From a virus: a stretch of DNA of 64,000 nucleotides. The position numbers were made by a program, and so were the translations under genes. The notes beneath the pieces were generated by a model. It saw only the letters and a list, made by a program, of their open reading frames with translations, ran no database searches and was not told the DNA's origin. Below, in pieces: positions 18,502 through 27,948 of the stretch. Numbering within the stretch: the stretch's first letter is position 1; every line of letters begins with the position of its first letter. The DNA lies in the IMG/VR virus record IMGVR_UViG_3300009370_001778, positions 15,625 to 79,624 of that record; one strand, 5' to 3'.

Positions 18502-19041
18502 ATGGAGAAGAAAATGAATAGAAGAAATGTAATATCTATTGTTGCTGCAACACTCATGCTGCCAATGGGTCTAATCGCTGCACCTTCAAATGGTAGACCT
18601 TCAAGACCATCTTGCAAAGACTGCAAGAAATGCGGTCGCGCATGTAAATGTGAATGCAGTAAAGGCTGCAAGTGTAAGCCCGGATGCTGTAAACAGGGAG
18701 AGTCCAAGCCTAAAGCTCCTCAGAAACCTCGTGGTTTTGATGGAAGAGCCCCTAGCTTCCGACCTCCTAATAGCAGACCTCCGAGCGGTTTTGATAGAAG
18801 AACTCCCGGTTTTGGACCTCCATCACATGGTAGACCTCCACAAGGAAGACCTTATCATAACAAAGAAAGTCGCTTTGAGAAAGATGAAGCTCGTCACCTG
18901 CCCTCATCAAAACATAACCCTACTAATTATGAAATCATGATGCGTAGGTTTGATAAAAATAAAGACGGTAAAATTCAAGCAGAAGAGAAAAAAGCTGCTC
19001 AGAACTGGTTTCGAGAAAGAGCTTCCCTATGGCAAAAATAA
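18502..19041 (+). CDS. Secreted-type protein: Tat-like signal, Cys-rich cluster, Pro/Arg/Gly linker, EF-hand
   Basis: NRRNVI + hydrophobic core; CKDCKKCGRACKCECSKGCKCKPGCC; DKNKDGKIQAEE. Confidence 0.7.
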   Translation: MEKKMNRRNVISIVAATLMLPMGLIAAPSNGRPSRPSCKDCKKCGRACKCECSKGCKCKPGCCKQGESKPKAPQKPRGFDGRAPSFRPPNSRPPSGFDRRTPGFGPPSHGRPPQGRPYHNKESRFEKDEARHLPSSKHNPTNYEIMMRRFDKNKDGKIQAEEKKAAQNWFRERASLWQK

Positions 19042-19313
19042 ATGATTGGGTTCAAAGAACGAAGTTTCCACTTCCGGGGAAAGAACCGTTTGACTGACAC
19101 GAGTATTCTATCGCACAGGTTGTGCGTATTGATGAAGAGAGCGTAGAGGTAGATTTTGCGTGTAGCTGCATGACATTTGATGGAAGCAGCCGCAAGCTTT
19201 GGCATCATGGAGAGTATCTTCCTGTTGATGAAAAATCTTACGCAAAACATAAAGAGGCACATGATGCCTGTTGTTTATTTAATGAAGAATTAGAGGTAGA
19301 TTATGCAGCGTAG
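19029..19313 (+). CDS. 94-aa Cys-rich protein with an in-frame UGA at codon 23 (19095-97); candidate selenoprotein
   Basis: ATG 19029 overlaps the upstream gene and is in frame with the 19122 ORF; SECIS-like hairpin follows the UGA. Confidence 0.55.
19109..19128 (+). promoter_or_regulatory. Putative bacterial SECIS element
   Basis: UA-[U bulge]-CGCACA-GGU-UGUGCG-UA, starting 11 nt after the UGA. Confidence 0.55.
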
Positions 19314-20523
19314 AAATTTCTTAAAACACCTATCATTATTCCCTGCCATACCTTTAGTAGAATCTCTTAGAGCCAATCAGGAAGAGTTAAAGAAAAATGG
19401 AAAATCTGCTATCCTACTATGGATGGGAGGCGGCCCATCTACTATGGATATTTGGGATCTAAAGCCAGAGGCATCAACGGGAGGTCCGTTTAGACCAATA
19501 GGCACCTCGGGAGATGTCCAGATTTGCGAGCACATGCCATTGATGGCAAAGCAGATGCACAATATGGCCATTGTTAGGTCAATGAGTACTCGCGAGGCAG
19601 ACCATATGCGTGGACGATATTATATGCATACGGGCTATGTCCCTAATCCATCTATTGAGCACCCTAGCTATGGGTCTTTGCTGTCTCATCAGTTGCGACG
19701 AGACGACATTGAAATACCTCAGTTCGTTACTGTTGGAGGGGGTAGTATGGGAGCAGGTTTTCTTGGAGCTCAGTACAATCCCTTTTCTGTCAACAGTGAT
19801 GGTAGAATAAGAAATCTAGATATGAAGGTAGACGCAAGACTCATTCAAAGAGCTTATGCTCTTGACCTCATAGAAAGTAATTTCATCAACCAGAAAAGAG
19901 GCTCTCTTGCCAAGGATCACCAATCGGTATTAAAGCAAACGTTCAATCTTCTCACAAGTGAACAGATGGAGGCCTTTAAGATTGCAGGAGAACCTGAACC
20001 TGTTAAAGAAAGATATGGAGACAATGGGTTTGGTAAAGGATGTTTAATGGCAAGAAGACTTGTCGAAGTTGGAGTTCCCTTTATTGAAGTTAATTTAGGA
20101 GGGTGGGACAATCATCAGAATATTTTCCCAACACTAAAAGATAATAAACTACCTGTGCTTGACCAAGGAATGAGCGCACTAGTTGAAGATCTAGAGCAAC
20201 GAGAACTACTCAAGGATACAGCTATCATCTGGATGGGTGAATTTAGCCGCACTCCTCGCATCAATGGAAACGCTGGGCGTGATCACTGGGCTCGTAGTTG
20301 GAGCGTTGTAGTTGGTGGAGCAGGCATGAATGGTGGTATTGCGGTAGGGGAAACTAGTGATGATGGCACTAAGGTTATAACAGACCCTTATTCATCTCAG
20401 GATATTATGGCTTCTGTCTGCAAGGCATTAGGCATTTCTTTGAGCACGACCTTTACTAGTAACAGTGGACGGCCCATGAAGATTGCCAATTCTGGAAAAA
20501 TAATCAAGGAACTGTTTGCATAA
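19303..20523 (+). CDS. DUF1501 family protein, copy 3 (Tat-like RR motif)
   Basis: QRRNFL, WMGGGPSTMDIWDLKP, RSMST, GWDNH, GEFSRTPRIN, GRDHW. Confidence 0.95.
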   Translation: MQRRNFLKHLSLFPAIPLVESLRANQEELKKNGKSAILLWMGGGPSTMDIWDLKPEASTGGPFRPIGTSGDVQICEHMPLMAKQMHNMAIVRSMSTREADHMRGRYYMHTGYVPNPSIEHPSYGSLLSHQLRRDDIEIPQFVTVGGGSMGAGFLGAQYNPFSVNSDGRIRNLDMKVDARLIQRAYALDLIESNFINQKRGSLAKDHQSVLKQTFNLLTSEQMEAFKIAGEPEPVKERYGDNGFGKGCLMARRLVEVGVPFIEVNLGGWDNHQNIFPTLKDNKLPVLDQGMSALVEDLEQRELLKDTAIIWMGEFSRTPRINGNAGRDHWARSWSVVVGGAGMNGGIAVGETSDDGTKVITDPYSSQDIMASVCKALGISLSTTFTSNSGRPMKIANSGKIIKELFA

Positions 20524-21164
20524 TGAATATATTTAATAAGTCTTTAATTCTCTTGACAATGGTTTTGTTTTCGACCCCTCTGGTCGCACAAGAAACACAA
20601 AGCAAAGAACAGGTGCGAGTTTCTGTACAGTTAAAAATGGTGCAAGCTATTAGATTACAAAAGTTAGGCAATGAGGAGAAAGCTAAGTCTTTGGTTGATG
20701 AATGTATTTCAATTATTCTTACAGCAATCCGTAATGGAGAGCCTCAACCGTGGATGAAATCAGGCCTAAGATTGGCCATGCAGTCTAACCGCACCCCACC
20801 GGAAGAAATCGAACGAATAATGAGCGAGGTGGATAGATATATTCCTATTGCAGAGCAAAGAGCCCTCACTCTTAGGGAAAAGCTCAACAGTCTAGAGAAT
20901 ACCCCTGCAACGCGAGAGCTTGCTAGAGACAGAAAGGCTCTAATGTTTAACAGAACTCCAACATTAGGACAAAGAGGTGTCGGATATCACCCTATTATAT
21001 CAGTGCTTCCGCAGGGCCATTCTATGACAGCGGGACCAGTTATAGTTTCTCCAGACCGAAGATATGTTAGAGTAGGAATCTCCACCTATCAAATGAGCAT
21101 TGGAGCAGTTCACACCTTCAACTTTTCCACTGGTAAATACCAAAGTTTAGACAATAATAGGTGA
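20523..21164 (+). CDS. Secreted protein with C-terminal VGYxPxI..VSPDRRYVR motif
   Basis: Sec-type signal peptide (ends LVA-Q); motif recalled from planctomycete proteins. Confidence 0.65.
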   Translation: MNIFNKSLILLTMVLFSTPLVAQETQSKEQVRVSVQLKMVQAIRLQKLGNEEKAKSLVDECISIILTAIRNGEPQPWMKSGLRLAMQSNRTPPEEIERIMSEVDRYIPIAEQRALTLREKLNSLENTPATRELARDRKALMFNRTPTLGQRGVGYHPIISVLPQGHSMTAGPVIVSPDRRYVRVGISTYQMSIGAVHTFNFSTGKYQSLDNNR

Positions 21165-21209
21165 TAAGTGGTGTATTCTATAGTAACATAGTTTTTTTAG
21201 GAGACAAAA

Positions 21210-21485
21210 ATGGACAGGATCAAACCTATAGGCCACTTCCTGATGGTCCTATGCATGATCAATGTAGTTCTTTTGGTTCTCCTACATAAAGAAGTATCTA
21301 AAGAGAAACCTCTTCCAAAACTGAGCATTCCAGCCCTCGACAAGCTTGTTGAAGACTCTAAAGCTAGAGAGAGTATGATTATGCAAGTCATCTTACTGGG
21401 CCAACACAAAGAAGGACTTCATGATGGCGAAGCTATAGACCTATGTCCCGCGTGTCCAACCAATCTTCAAATAACCGAGTTATAA
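21210..21485 (+). CDS. Single-TM protein with C-terminal H..H..CPAC site
   Basis: AGGAG SD; TM segment followed by HKEGLH...CPAC. Confidence 0.65.
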   Translation: MDRIKPIGHFLMVLCMINVVLLVLLHKEVSKEKPLPKLSIPALDKLVEDSKARESMIMQVILLGQHKEGLHDGEAIDLCPACPTNLQITEL

Positions 21486-21486
21486 T

Positions 21487-24222
21487 ATGGGTTTTATTAC
21501 AAACATTACCAATCCACTTCCTACTACCGGAGAGTTTGGGCACGACAACATTCCTTCAGGTATGATTAATAATGGGGGTATCGAGGTGACTCCCCAAAAT
21601 GGGGGAAACGTTACTAATAATATATCAGAGTCAGGATTAAATAATGATGTGTCTATCTCTGGATCTGGCTATAATAGCATTGGAGGTACAGACGCACAGA
21701 AAATAGGGTCATCTGCTAGTAATCCCAATATGGGAAACAGAGCCAATCCTCAAGCTCAGAGACTGATACTTAGCCAACAAAGAAACACTGTTACCGACAG
21801 TCCTTTCGATGACCAACCCTATGCTTTAGACTCTTATGACTGGTATAAAAATGAGTCTCCAGCAGGAAGTTTAACCCCTGTATATGAAAGTGCTTTTAAC
21901 GTTCAGGGTGCTAGCGTCAATGAATCTGGAGAGCCTATTGGAAACTACCCTTACACCATTAATGCTGAGGGGAAAAACAGGGGTGGCAGCACCTTTACTG
22001 TTACATACACAATGGGTGGATCTACCGTCACCATGGGTGACATTGAAGTGGATGAATCGGACGTGGACGAACGTGGCAAGCGAAGACCGACAGAGCCGGA
22101 TGCAAGGGATATAAACGCTTGCCGGAATAACGGCCCCGGATTGATAGACGAACCTTGTGAAATTGTTAGTGGAACTTGTAACGGCACCAATTATCCACTA
22201 GGTAAGAAAATGAGAGTTTTTCAAGGAATAGGTGGTGAAAATTGTTCATTGTCCGGATACTGGCTACAAGCCCCCTTCAAAAGCACCGGCATCTCCGACA
22301 TGAGTGCTCATGCCCATGGACTAGACTGCGAGATTTTCAAAGGCATTGCTGTTAAAACACCTCTTGTCTCCATATACGACAACCCTAGGATAGATGGGTT
22401 TCCACAGAGAAGGAGAGACCCCAGTAAATATTGTAATTGCGAAACGGCAATTGCACTCTCAGGGGGAGTAAGTGGAGAGGCCCTTGGCGGTAAGACATTT
22501 GGTCATCTTCTTTATTATGTTGGAACAAGTCTTGCCGGTATAAAGAACAAAGAGTGGTGCAATTTAGATCATCCTCTTATAGATGTAGATATGTCAGGCC
22601 ATGCAGAGTGGTTCTGGGAAGGGGCTCGCTGCAATGCAGACGGCACTCGCAACGAAGTTTTCAATTCAGGAAAGTTATTTGGTTGCTGCTGTGATACGAT
22701 CAATTTAGATTCAGATGGAAACGCGACCACGCAGGTCAACGTATTAACAGAAGTGGATAGTATTGCAATAAATACATCAGATGATCCTTGTGATTGTCTT
22801 CGTCGCTACAAGAGAGGAGCACAATTCCTTACAGAGTGGAATGCTGCCGTAAATTTAGATGATGTCAACCACAAGGTTTTTGTATCCGGCTGCGTAGCAG
22901 AAGATGCTTTAGACCGACAGATTGCGTCTGGACTGGCCGAAGTAGGCTTAGCAATATGTTCAGGAAGTGAACCCTCTTGGAACGAAACAGAATGTGCATG
23001 GAATATCCCAGTAAAACGAATATCAAGATGTCCACAAGGTGATATCCCTTCAAAGCCTTGGCACCCCGATCCTTATGAGAGCTTGGCATGGTGTCCTTCA
23101 GGTGACGCTCTTACAATTACAGACAGAAATCTATTTTATTCCAACGCCACTTCCGTCCCCAATCTCAATATTTACGACCATGTTAACTATGCTTCCTGCA
23201 CTGGTGCATGTTCTTGCACCTCGGGAGATCCACTGTTTGATGTAGGAGACTATGTTTACGTCGCCCGCTATGTGAATGGATTGCCGCTCAATGGTAGCTC
23301 ATGGCTCGAATGGGAATTATATGACCTTGCACAATCTGGAGCTGCCAATGGTAGCGGATTCCAGTGGACTGACTCTCCAGTTTCAGGCTGCAACGCCAGC
23401 GGCAACAGCTGGAAAGTTACAAGGAGAGAATATGGTGATGCCTTTAGTTGGAGGGAGACCTACGATTGCACATGGGGATATCAAATCGAATTCACTGGCT
23501 GCGCACCATGCAGCGGAGGCAGCCCACATACGTGCTCTGCCACAGGAATGGCGCCTAACTTCAGTAGTCCATACGATCTCTTTATACCACAAATCTATTT
23601 ATCCTCAGGAACAGGCTGTACAAAAGATGCTAGCTGCTCAACAGGATGTTCCATTGGAGATTCACTGTTTGATGTAGGAGATTACGTCAATCTCACAGCC
23701 GCCGTAGTTAGTGGTTGTAGAAATACGCTCGGCGGTTTCTCAGGAGCCTTCGATATAGATTTTACCGCAAGTGGCGATGGTCGAGGCCACACCTCAACCG
23801 AACCATTCTCCACAGGGTGTGGTGGTATTGATTCCAGCATTTGTGAGTGGACGTTCAGTAAAACGGGAGGTGGTTTTGGCCCCGATCTTGGAAACTGGGT
23901 ATTGTCGAGTTCTGGCACATGCTGTGACTGCGAGGCAATGAAACCAACTGGAAATATAGAAGAAAACGGAGTTCAGAGACACTTTGATTGCGGTACCGCC
24001 ACGAGCGGTTGTGACATCCTCACCCTAGGTTGGAAAATTATGGATAAAATATCTGGTGACGCAACTAGTTCGCCAGACTCTCTCGACTGTACATGGGGAT
24101 ATGCTGTCAGCTTTACTGGCTGTCCACCTTTAACTGGGGATTGCGTAGCCACAGGATACGCGCCTGTCTTTGCCCAAGACTGGATACCAGAGATTTACTT
24201 TACTTCAGGATCAGGCTGTTAA
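21487..24222 (+). CDS. Large Cys/Ser-Gly-rich putative virion protein with a duplicated C-terminal domain
   Basis: GD(P/S)LFDVGDYV...DCTWGY..FTGC...IP(Q/E)IY..SG.GC occurs twice; N-terminus shared with 9965. Confidence 0.65.
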   Translation: MGFITNITNPLPTTGEFGHDNIPSGMINNGGIEVTPQNGGNVTNNISESGLNNDVSISGSGYNSIGGTDAQKIGSSASNPNMGNRANPQAQRLILSQQRNTVTDSPFDDQPYALDSYDWYKNESPAGSLTPVYESAFNVQGASVNESGEPIGNYPYTINAEGKNRGGSTFTVTYTMGGSTVTMGDIEVDESDVDERGKRRPTEPDARDINACRNNGPGLIDEPCEIVSGTCNGTNYPLGKKMRVFQGIGGENCSLSGYWLQAPFKSTGISDMSAHAHGLDCEIFKGIAVKTPLVSIYDNPRIDGFPQRRRDPSKYCNCETAIALSGGVSGEALGGKTFGHLLYYVGTSLAGIKNKEWCNLDHPLIDVDMSGHAEWFWEGARCNADGTRNEVFNSGKLFGCCCDTINLDSDGNATTQVNVLTEVDSIAINTSDDPCDCLRRYKRGAQFLTEWNAAVNLDDVNHKVFVSGCVAEDALDRQIASGLAEVGLAICSGSEPSWNETECAWNIPVKRISRCPQGDIPSKPWHPDPYESLAWCPSGDALTITDRNLFYSNATSVPNLNIYDHVNYASCTGACSCTSGDPLFDVGDYVYVARYVNGLPLNGSSWLEWELYDLAQSGAANGSGFQWTDSPVSGCNASGNSWKVTRREYGDAFSWRETYDCTWGYQIEFTGCAPCSGGSPHTCSATGMAPNFSSPYDLFIPQIYLSSGTGCTKDASCSTGCSIGDSLFDVGDYVNLTAAVVSGCRNTLGGFSGAFDIDFTASGDGRGHTSTEPFSTGCGGIDSSICEWTFSKTGGGFGPDLGNWVLSSSGTCCDCEAMKPTGNIEENGVQRHFDCGTATSGCDILTLGWKIMDKISGDATSSPDSLDCTWGYAVSFTGCPPLTGDCVATGYAPVFAQDWIPEIYFTSGSGC

Positions 24223-24893
24223 TGGCAAGAAAAAGAAAACGTCCCTCTAGCAATACCATAATTCAGAGAAGGAAAAAACTTAAGGCCAAAACAGATAATC
24301 AGGAATTATACATTGATTCAATGGAGGAGGCGGATGTTACCTTCTGTTCTGGTCCAGCAGGGTCAGGCAAAACTAGTGTTGCAGTTGGACTAGCATGCGA
24401 ATACCTGATGGAAGAAAAAGTAAAGAGGATTATTATAACTCGTCCGGTTGTTGAATCTGGAAGAGGTCTTGGTCATCTCCCCGGAACATTAGTAGAAAAG
24501 ATAAATCCATATCTCATTCCTATTCTAGAGGAGATGAATATGTATCTTACTAAAGCTAGAGTCGAGAACTTTAGAGAAGAAGGAATTATTGAACTCTGCC
24601 CTCTTGAATATATGAGAGGAAGGAACTTTCATGAATGTTTCATGATCTTAGATGAATCTCAAAACGCCACCTTTGAACAAATAAAAATGTTCATCACTCG
24701 TATAGGTAGAAATTCTAAAGCTGTGATCAACGGCGATCTAAAACAGTCCGATCTAGGAAGCCAAAGCGGGGGTCTCTTAACCTGCATGGACGAGCTATAT
24801 GATATCGACGGAGTTTCTGTCTGTGAGCTCGATTACTGTGACATTATTCGTAGTGATATTGTTGCAAAAATTCTTAAAAAATTACACTCTTAG
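24222..24893 (+). CDS. phoH: PhoH-family ATPase
   Basis: GPAGSGKT, ITRPVVE, LGHLPG, YMRGR, LDESQN, GDLKQSD. Confidence 0.95.
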   Translation: MARKRKRPSSNTIIQRRKKLKAKTDNQELYIDSMEEADVTFCSGPAGSGKTSVAVGLACEYLMEEKVKRIIITRPVVESGRGLGHLPGTLVEKINPYLIPILEEMNMYLTKARVENFREEGIIELCPLEYMRGRNFHECFMILDESQNATFEQIKMFITRIGRNSKAVINGDLKQSDLGSQSGGLLTCMDELYDIDGVSVCELDYCDIIRSDIVAKILKKLHS

Positions 24894-24948
24894 TCGCCGT
24901 TTTCAAGGTACAATAGTATAGAGCTTTATACTATAGTTAGGGTTGGAT

Positions 24949-25332
24949 ATGCCAGAATACAGCTACGCATGTGATAATTGTGAACACAGGTGGTCAATCT
25001 TTTGTGACCGATCAAAATATAAGGACAGACGTAAATGTCCTTCTTGTAAAAAGATAAAAACTGTCCATCGAGATTTTGAAGAAGATGATTTCTATAGCTC
25101 TATAAAGCTATCTCTTACAGAGGTAAAGACACTAGGTCACTACGCCGATAAACAAAGCAAGAAACTCGGAAAGAATAAAGTTGAGGAGATGATAAGGAAT
25201 CAGAAGACCAAGACGAGAGATACTCTATCCGAAAAACTTAATGAGAACATGTCCAAGATGGACAGACCAAAAGACCCTCCTAAGTGGACAAAAAATACAT
25301 CTAAAAAGAAAAAGAGAAAGAAAAATAGATAA
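24949..25332 (+). CDS. FmdB-family zinc-ribbon protein
   Basis: MPEYSYACDNC...CPSC. Confidence 0.8.
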   Translation: MPEYSYACDNCEHRWSIFCDRSKYKDRRKCPSCKKIKTVHRDFEEDDFYSSIKLSLTEVKTLGHYADKQSKKLGKNKVEEMIRNQKTKTRDTLSEKLNENMSKMDRPKDPPKWTKNTSKKKKRKKNR

Positions 25333-25709
25333 TGGAATTTAAAATAGATAAAAACAAATCCGATTCCAACCAAAGTGTTGCTGATGTTTTTACGATCAAA
25401 GGAAAGCAATCCTTCGTAGATGACGAGGGTTATCCCAGATTAGATGAAGACGATCAAGATAGCTATAAAGCTTTTGCTAAGAAAGTTACTGTAGGTCAAA
25501 GGTCTAAATACTATGTTAAAAGGGGTCGTCACGGCAAGCTTTTTAATCCAATAGGACTGTACTCAGAGGGTACTGCCAAGAAACAGCTTCGTCATGCAGG
25601 AAAGCCAGAGTGGGAATATAAAGAAACCACTCAAGAAGTATTTAATAAGTATATTAAATTTTTAAAAACTAGAAATGTTGCTTGGTTAAACAACGCAGAA
25701 AGAGAGTAA
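25332..25709 (+). CDS. Hypothetical protein
   Basis: TAATG coupling. Confidence 0.7.
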   Translation: MEFKIDKNKSDSNQSVADVFTIKGKQSFVDDEGYPRLDEDDQDSYKAFAKKVTVGQRSKYYVKRGRHGKLFNPIGLYSEGTAKKQLRHAGKPEWEYKETTQEVFNKYIKFLKTRNVAWLNNAERE

Positions 25710-25711
25710 TA

Positions 25712-26014
25712 ATGGGTAAGTTATCAAATGCCAAAAAGCTAACGGATGCAGAAAAGTATGCTATTCAGGGAATGTCTACTAATGGAATGTCTACTGGAGA
25801 TATCGCAAAGTCTTTATCAAGAGATATTTTATTGGTAGAATCTTACCTTGAAGAATATGAACAAGAATCAAAAGATACTAATATTACAAAGACAGCCAAT
25901 GGAAGAGAAGGCGTTGCTATAATGACAGAGGCTACATCTCAGAGAGTGGATGAGATGAGAAAGAAAGGTCAACAAGCACGAGAAAGAAACCCTGCATTAC
26001 ATAAGATTAAATAA
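25712..26014 (+). CDS. Hypothetical protein with possible HTH
   Basis: LTDAEKYAI...GMSTGDIAKSLSR. Confidence 0.6.
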   Translation: MGKLSNAKKLTDAEKYAIQGMSTNGMSTGDIAKSLSRDILLVESYLEEYEQESKDTNITKTANGREGVAIMTEATSQRVDEMRKKGQQARERNPALHKIK

Positions 26015-26448
26015 TGGCAAAAAATAGGACGGAAAAAAGTAGATACCCATCCCGATATTCACCTGAAGGATGGGTTTCTGCTTCTCAATATATAACAGAA
26101 TTGATCTGCGAGAAAAAAGCTCGTGTAGACAAGAAGGAGCTCCCGATAAAGTTTTGGGAGATTAAGGATTGGTGCAAATATTATAAGTACCAGATCACTC
26201 TTGCAAACAAGCTTATAAAATCACATGGTGAAGATGTTGTTATTGCAGCATTGAAAGATAATCGTTGTTGGTCTACCTATTCTTTAAGAGCTCCAAGGTT
26301 AAAGCAAGTTATTGAAGAAAAAGAAAAAGAAAAAGTTGAGAGAACACAAAACACAGAGTATAATATTAAAGACTCAGAAGAAGTCAAACATAAGACAAAC
26401 AATAACCAGAAATCAATTATTTCTAAGTTAAGGGATTTGGATGAATAA
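26014..26448 (+). CDS. Hypothetical protein
   Basis: Coupled ORF. Confidence 0.7.
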   Translation: MAKNRTEKSRYPSRYSPEGWVSASQYITELICEKKARVDKKELPIKFWEIKDWCKYYKYQITLANKLIKSHGEDVVIAALKDNRCWSTYSLRAPRLKQVIEEKEKEKVERTQNTEYNIKDSEEVKHKTNNNQKSIISKLRDLDE

Positions 26449-27430
26449 AGACATTGTCAAAGAATATGGTGATGTTCTTCATGACCCCTCTTCCATTATA
26501 GATAGACCTCTGGAAATTCTATCTGTTGGACCCAAATTAGATATAGCTCTGGGAGGAGGAGTGCCTGAGGGTTCGTTGTTTATAATGACCGGCCCTGAGA
26601 AGGTAGGGAAGACAGTAACTGCGCTCACGTTTTGTGCAAACGCGCAGAAGCACTATCAGCGTAAGGTTTACTACGCTAACATAGAGGGTCGCCTAAAAAG
26701 ACGAGACCTAGAAGGCATTATAGATTTAGATCTTGACTCAGAAAAGATGCAGATCATCGGCTCTACAGAAGGAAATATTCTGTCTGCTGAAAAATATCTT
26801 AGCATCATTGATAACATTGTCCACACACAACCCGGATCTTTAGCTGTGGTAGACTCTTTCTCAGCGCTGTCTAGTGAAGCAGAGCTCACAGGAGATCTTT
26901 CGGACATGCAGGTAATGAGTGTTCAAAAGGTTTTAGCAAAGTTTTGCAGACGAATCTCCAATGTTCTCCCAATCAATCGAGTAACCGTAATAGGTATCAC
27001 TCACCTGATGGCAAACTTACAAAGGTTCGGAAGAGGCAAGGCAAAAATTGAAAAATCAGGGAGTGCCTTGAAGTATCAGGTTGATGTGAAGCTACATGCG
27101 AGCCACTCGGTTCCTCTAATGCAGGGAGACACTCAGATTGGTCAGACAATACACTGGCAGATCACAACTTCCGCCATAGGTCCTCCGGGGCAAAAGGTAG
27201 AAAGCCACATTAGATATGGAAGAGGGATATGGAAGGAAATGGAGCTCGCTGACCTTATGATAGACTTTGGACTTGTTTCCAAAGCCGGAGCTTGGCTGAA
27301 GCTTCCCAATGGAGAAAAAATTCAAGGGAAGGCAAATCTAGCTAAGTATTTAGACGAACACCCAGAAGAGTATAAGATGTTTTTAAACGAAGTATTTTCT
27401 ATGGTAGGAATTGAGAATCATGAAGACTAA
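26441..27430 (+). CDS. recA: RecA/UvsX-like recombinase
   Basis: LDIALGGGVP, GPEKVGKT, VVDSFSAL, SGSALKY, GAW. Confidence 0.9.
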   Translation: MNKDIVKEYGDVLHDPSSIIDRPLEILSVGPKLDIALGGGVPEGSLFIMTGPEKVGKTVTALTFCANAQKHYQRKVYYANIEGRLKRRDLEGIIDLDLDSEKMQIIGSTEGNILSAEKYLSIIDNIVHTQPGSLAVVDSFSALSSEAELTGDLSDMQVMSVQKVLAKFCRRISNVLPINRVTVIGITHLMANLQRFGRGKAKIEKSGSALKYQVDVKLHASHSVPLMQGDTQIGQTIHWQITTSAIGPPGQKVESHIRYGRGIWKEMELADLMIDFGLVSKAGAWLKLPNGEKIQGKANLAKYLDEHPEEYKMFLNEVFSMVGIENHED

Positions 27431-27788
27431 AGTTCTTGGAACGTTTGAATGTAGACTATATATTGGATCTATCTACGAAGACTCTAAAGCTTTTATTTAT
27501 GAACCTAAACTATTCCAAGAAATCCACCGAGTACAGACAGCTTTTGGAAAGCCTGTGCCAGTCAGGGTCACAAAGACCACATTTGTTTGTGCCCCCAAGT
27601 ATATAGAAGATGGGTGGGAAATAGCAGTCATCAATTACCCAAGAGCCAAAACAGACCCAGAGATCATCGAAGAGTTCATGGAGATGCTAGCTGAGGATTT
27701 CATGGTTACACTTAAGCAGAAGAGAATAACTCTTGTAACGCCCAGTATATCAATTATGTACGAATCAGAGGCTTCATACATGCCTTAA
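27420..27788 (+). CDS. Hypothetical protein
   Basis: Overlaps the recA end; its last codons form part of RNA unit B1. Confidence 0.65.
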   Translation: MKTKVLGTFECRLYIGSIYEDSKAFIYEPKLFQEIHRVQTAFGKPVPVRVTKTTFVCAPKYIEDGWEIAVINYPRAKTDPEIIEEFMEMLAEDFMVTLKQKRITLVTPSISIMYESEASYMP

Positions 27789-27911
27789 GCAGTAAGTTAG
27801 ACTTCTTAGCTGCAAATGTATGAGAGAACAAAAGTCGGGGTTTCATTCGCACCTCATCCAGTAGGTTTCTAGTCCTTCCTATCTGCGAAGCGAGTGTTGA
27901 GACAAAAGGAC
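27768..27911 (+). ncRNA. Tandem pair (B1 27768-27836, B2 27837-27911) of the double-pseudoknot RNA unit, upstream of the tnpB-like gene
   Basis: B1 helices: gaggc/gcctt, catacat/atgtatg, taag/ctta, gactt/aagtc. B2 helices: ggggt/acctc, cattcgc/gcgagtg, tagg/ccta, gtcctt/aaggac. Confidence 0.85.
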
Positions 27912-27948
27912 CTTTTATTATTCAAAACTTATTTTAAGGAGTAGAAAG

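Noticed and set aside
27768-27911. HDV-like/theta, twister or pistol ribozyme identity for the RNA units
   Set aside because: Helix order a-b-a'-c-d-c'-b'-d' and the conserved residues do not match those folds as I know them; a covariance-model search is still needed
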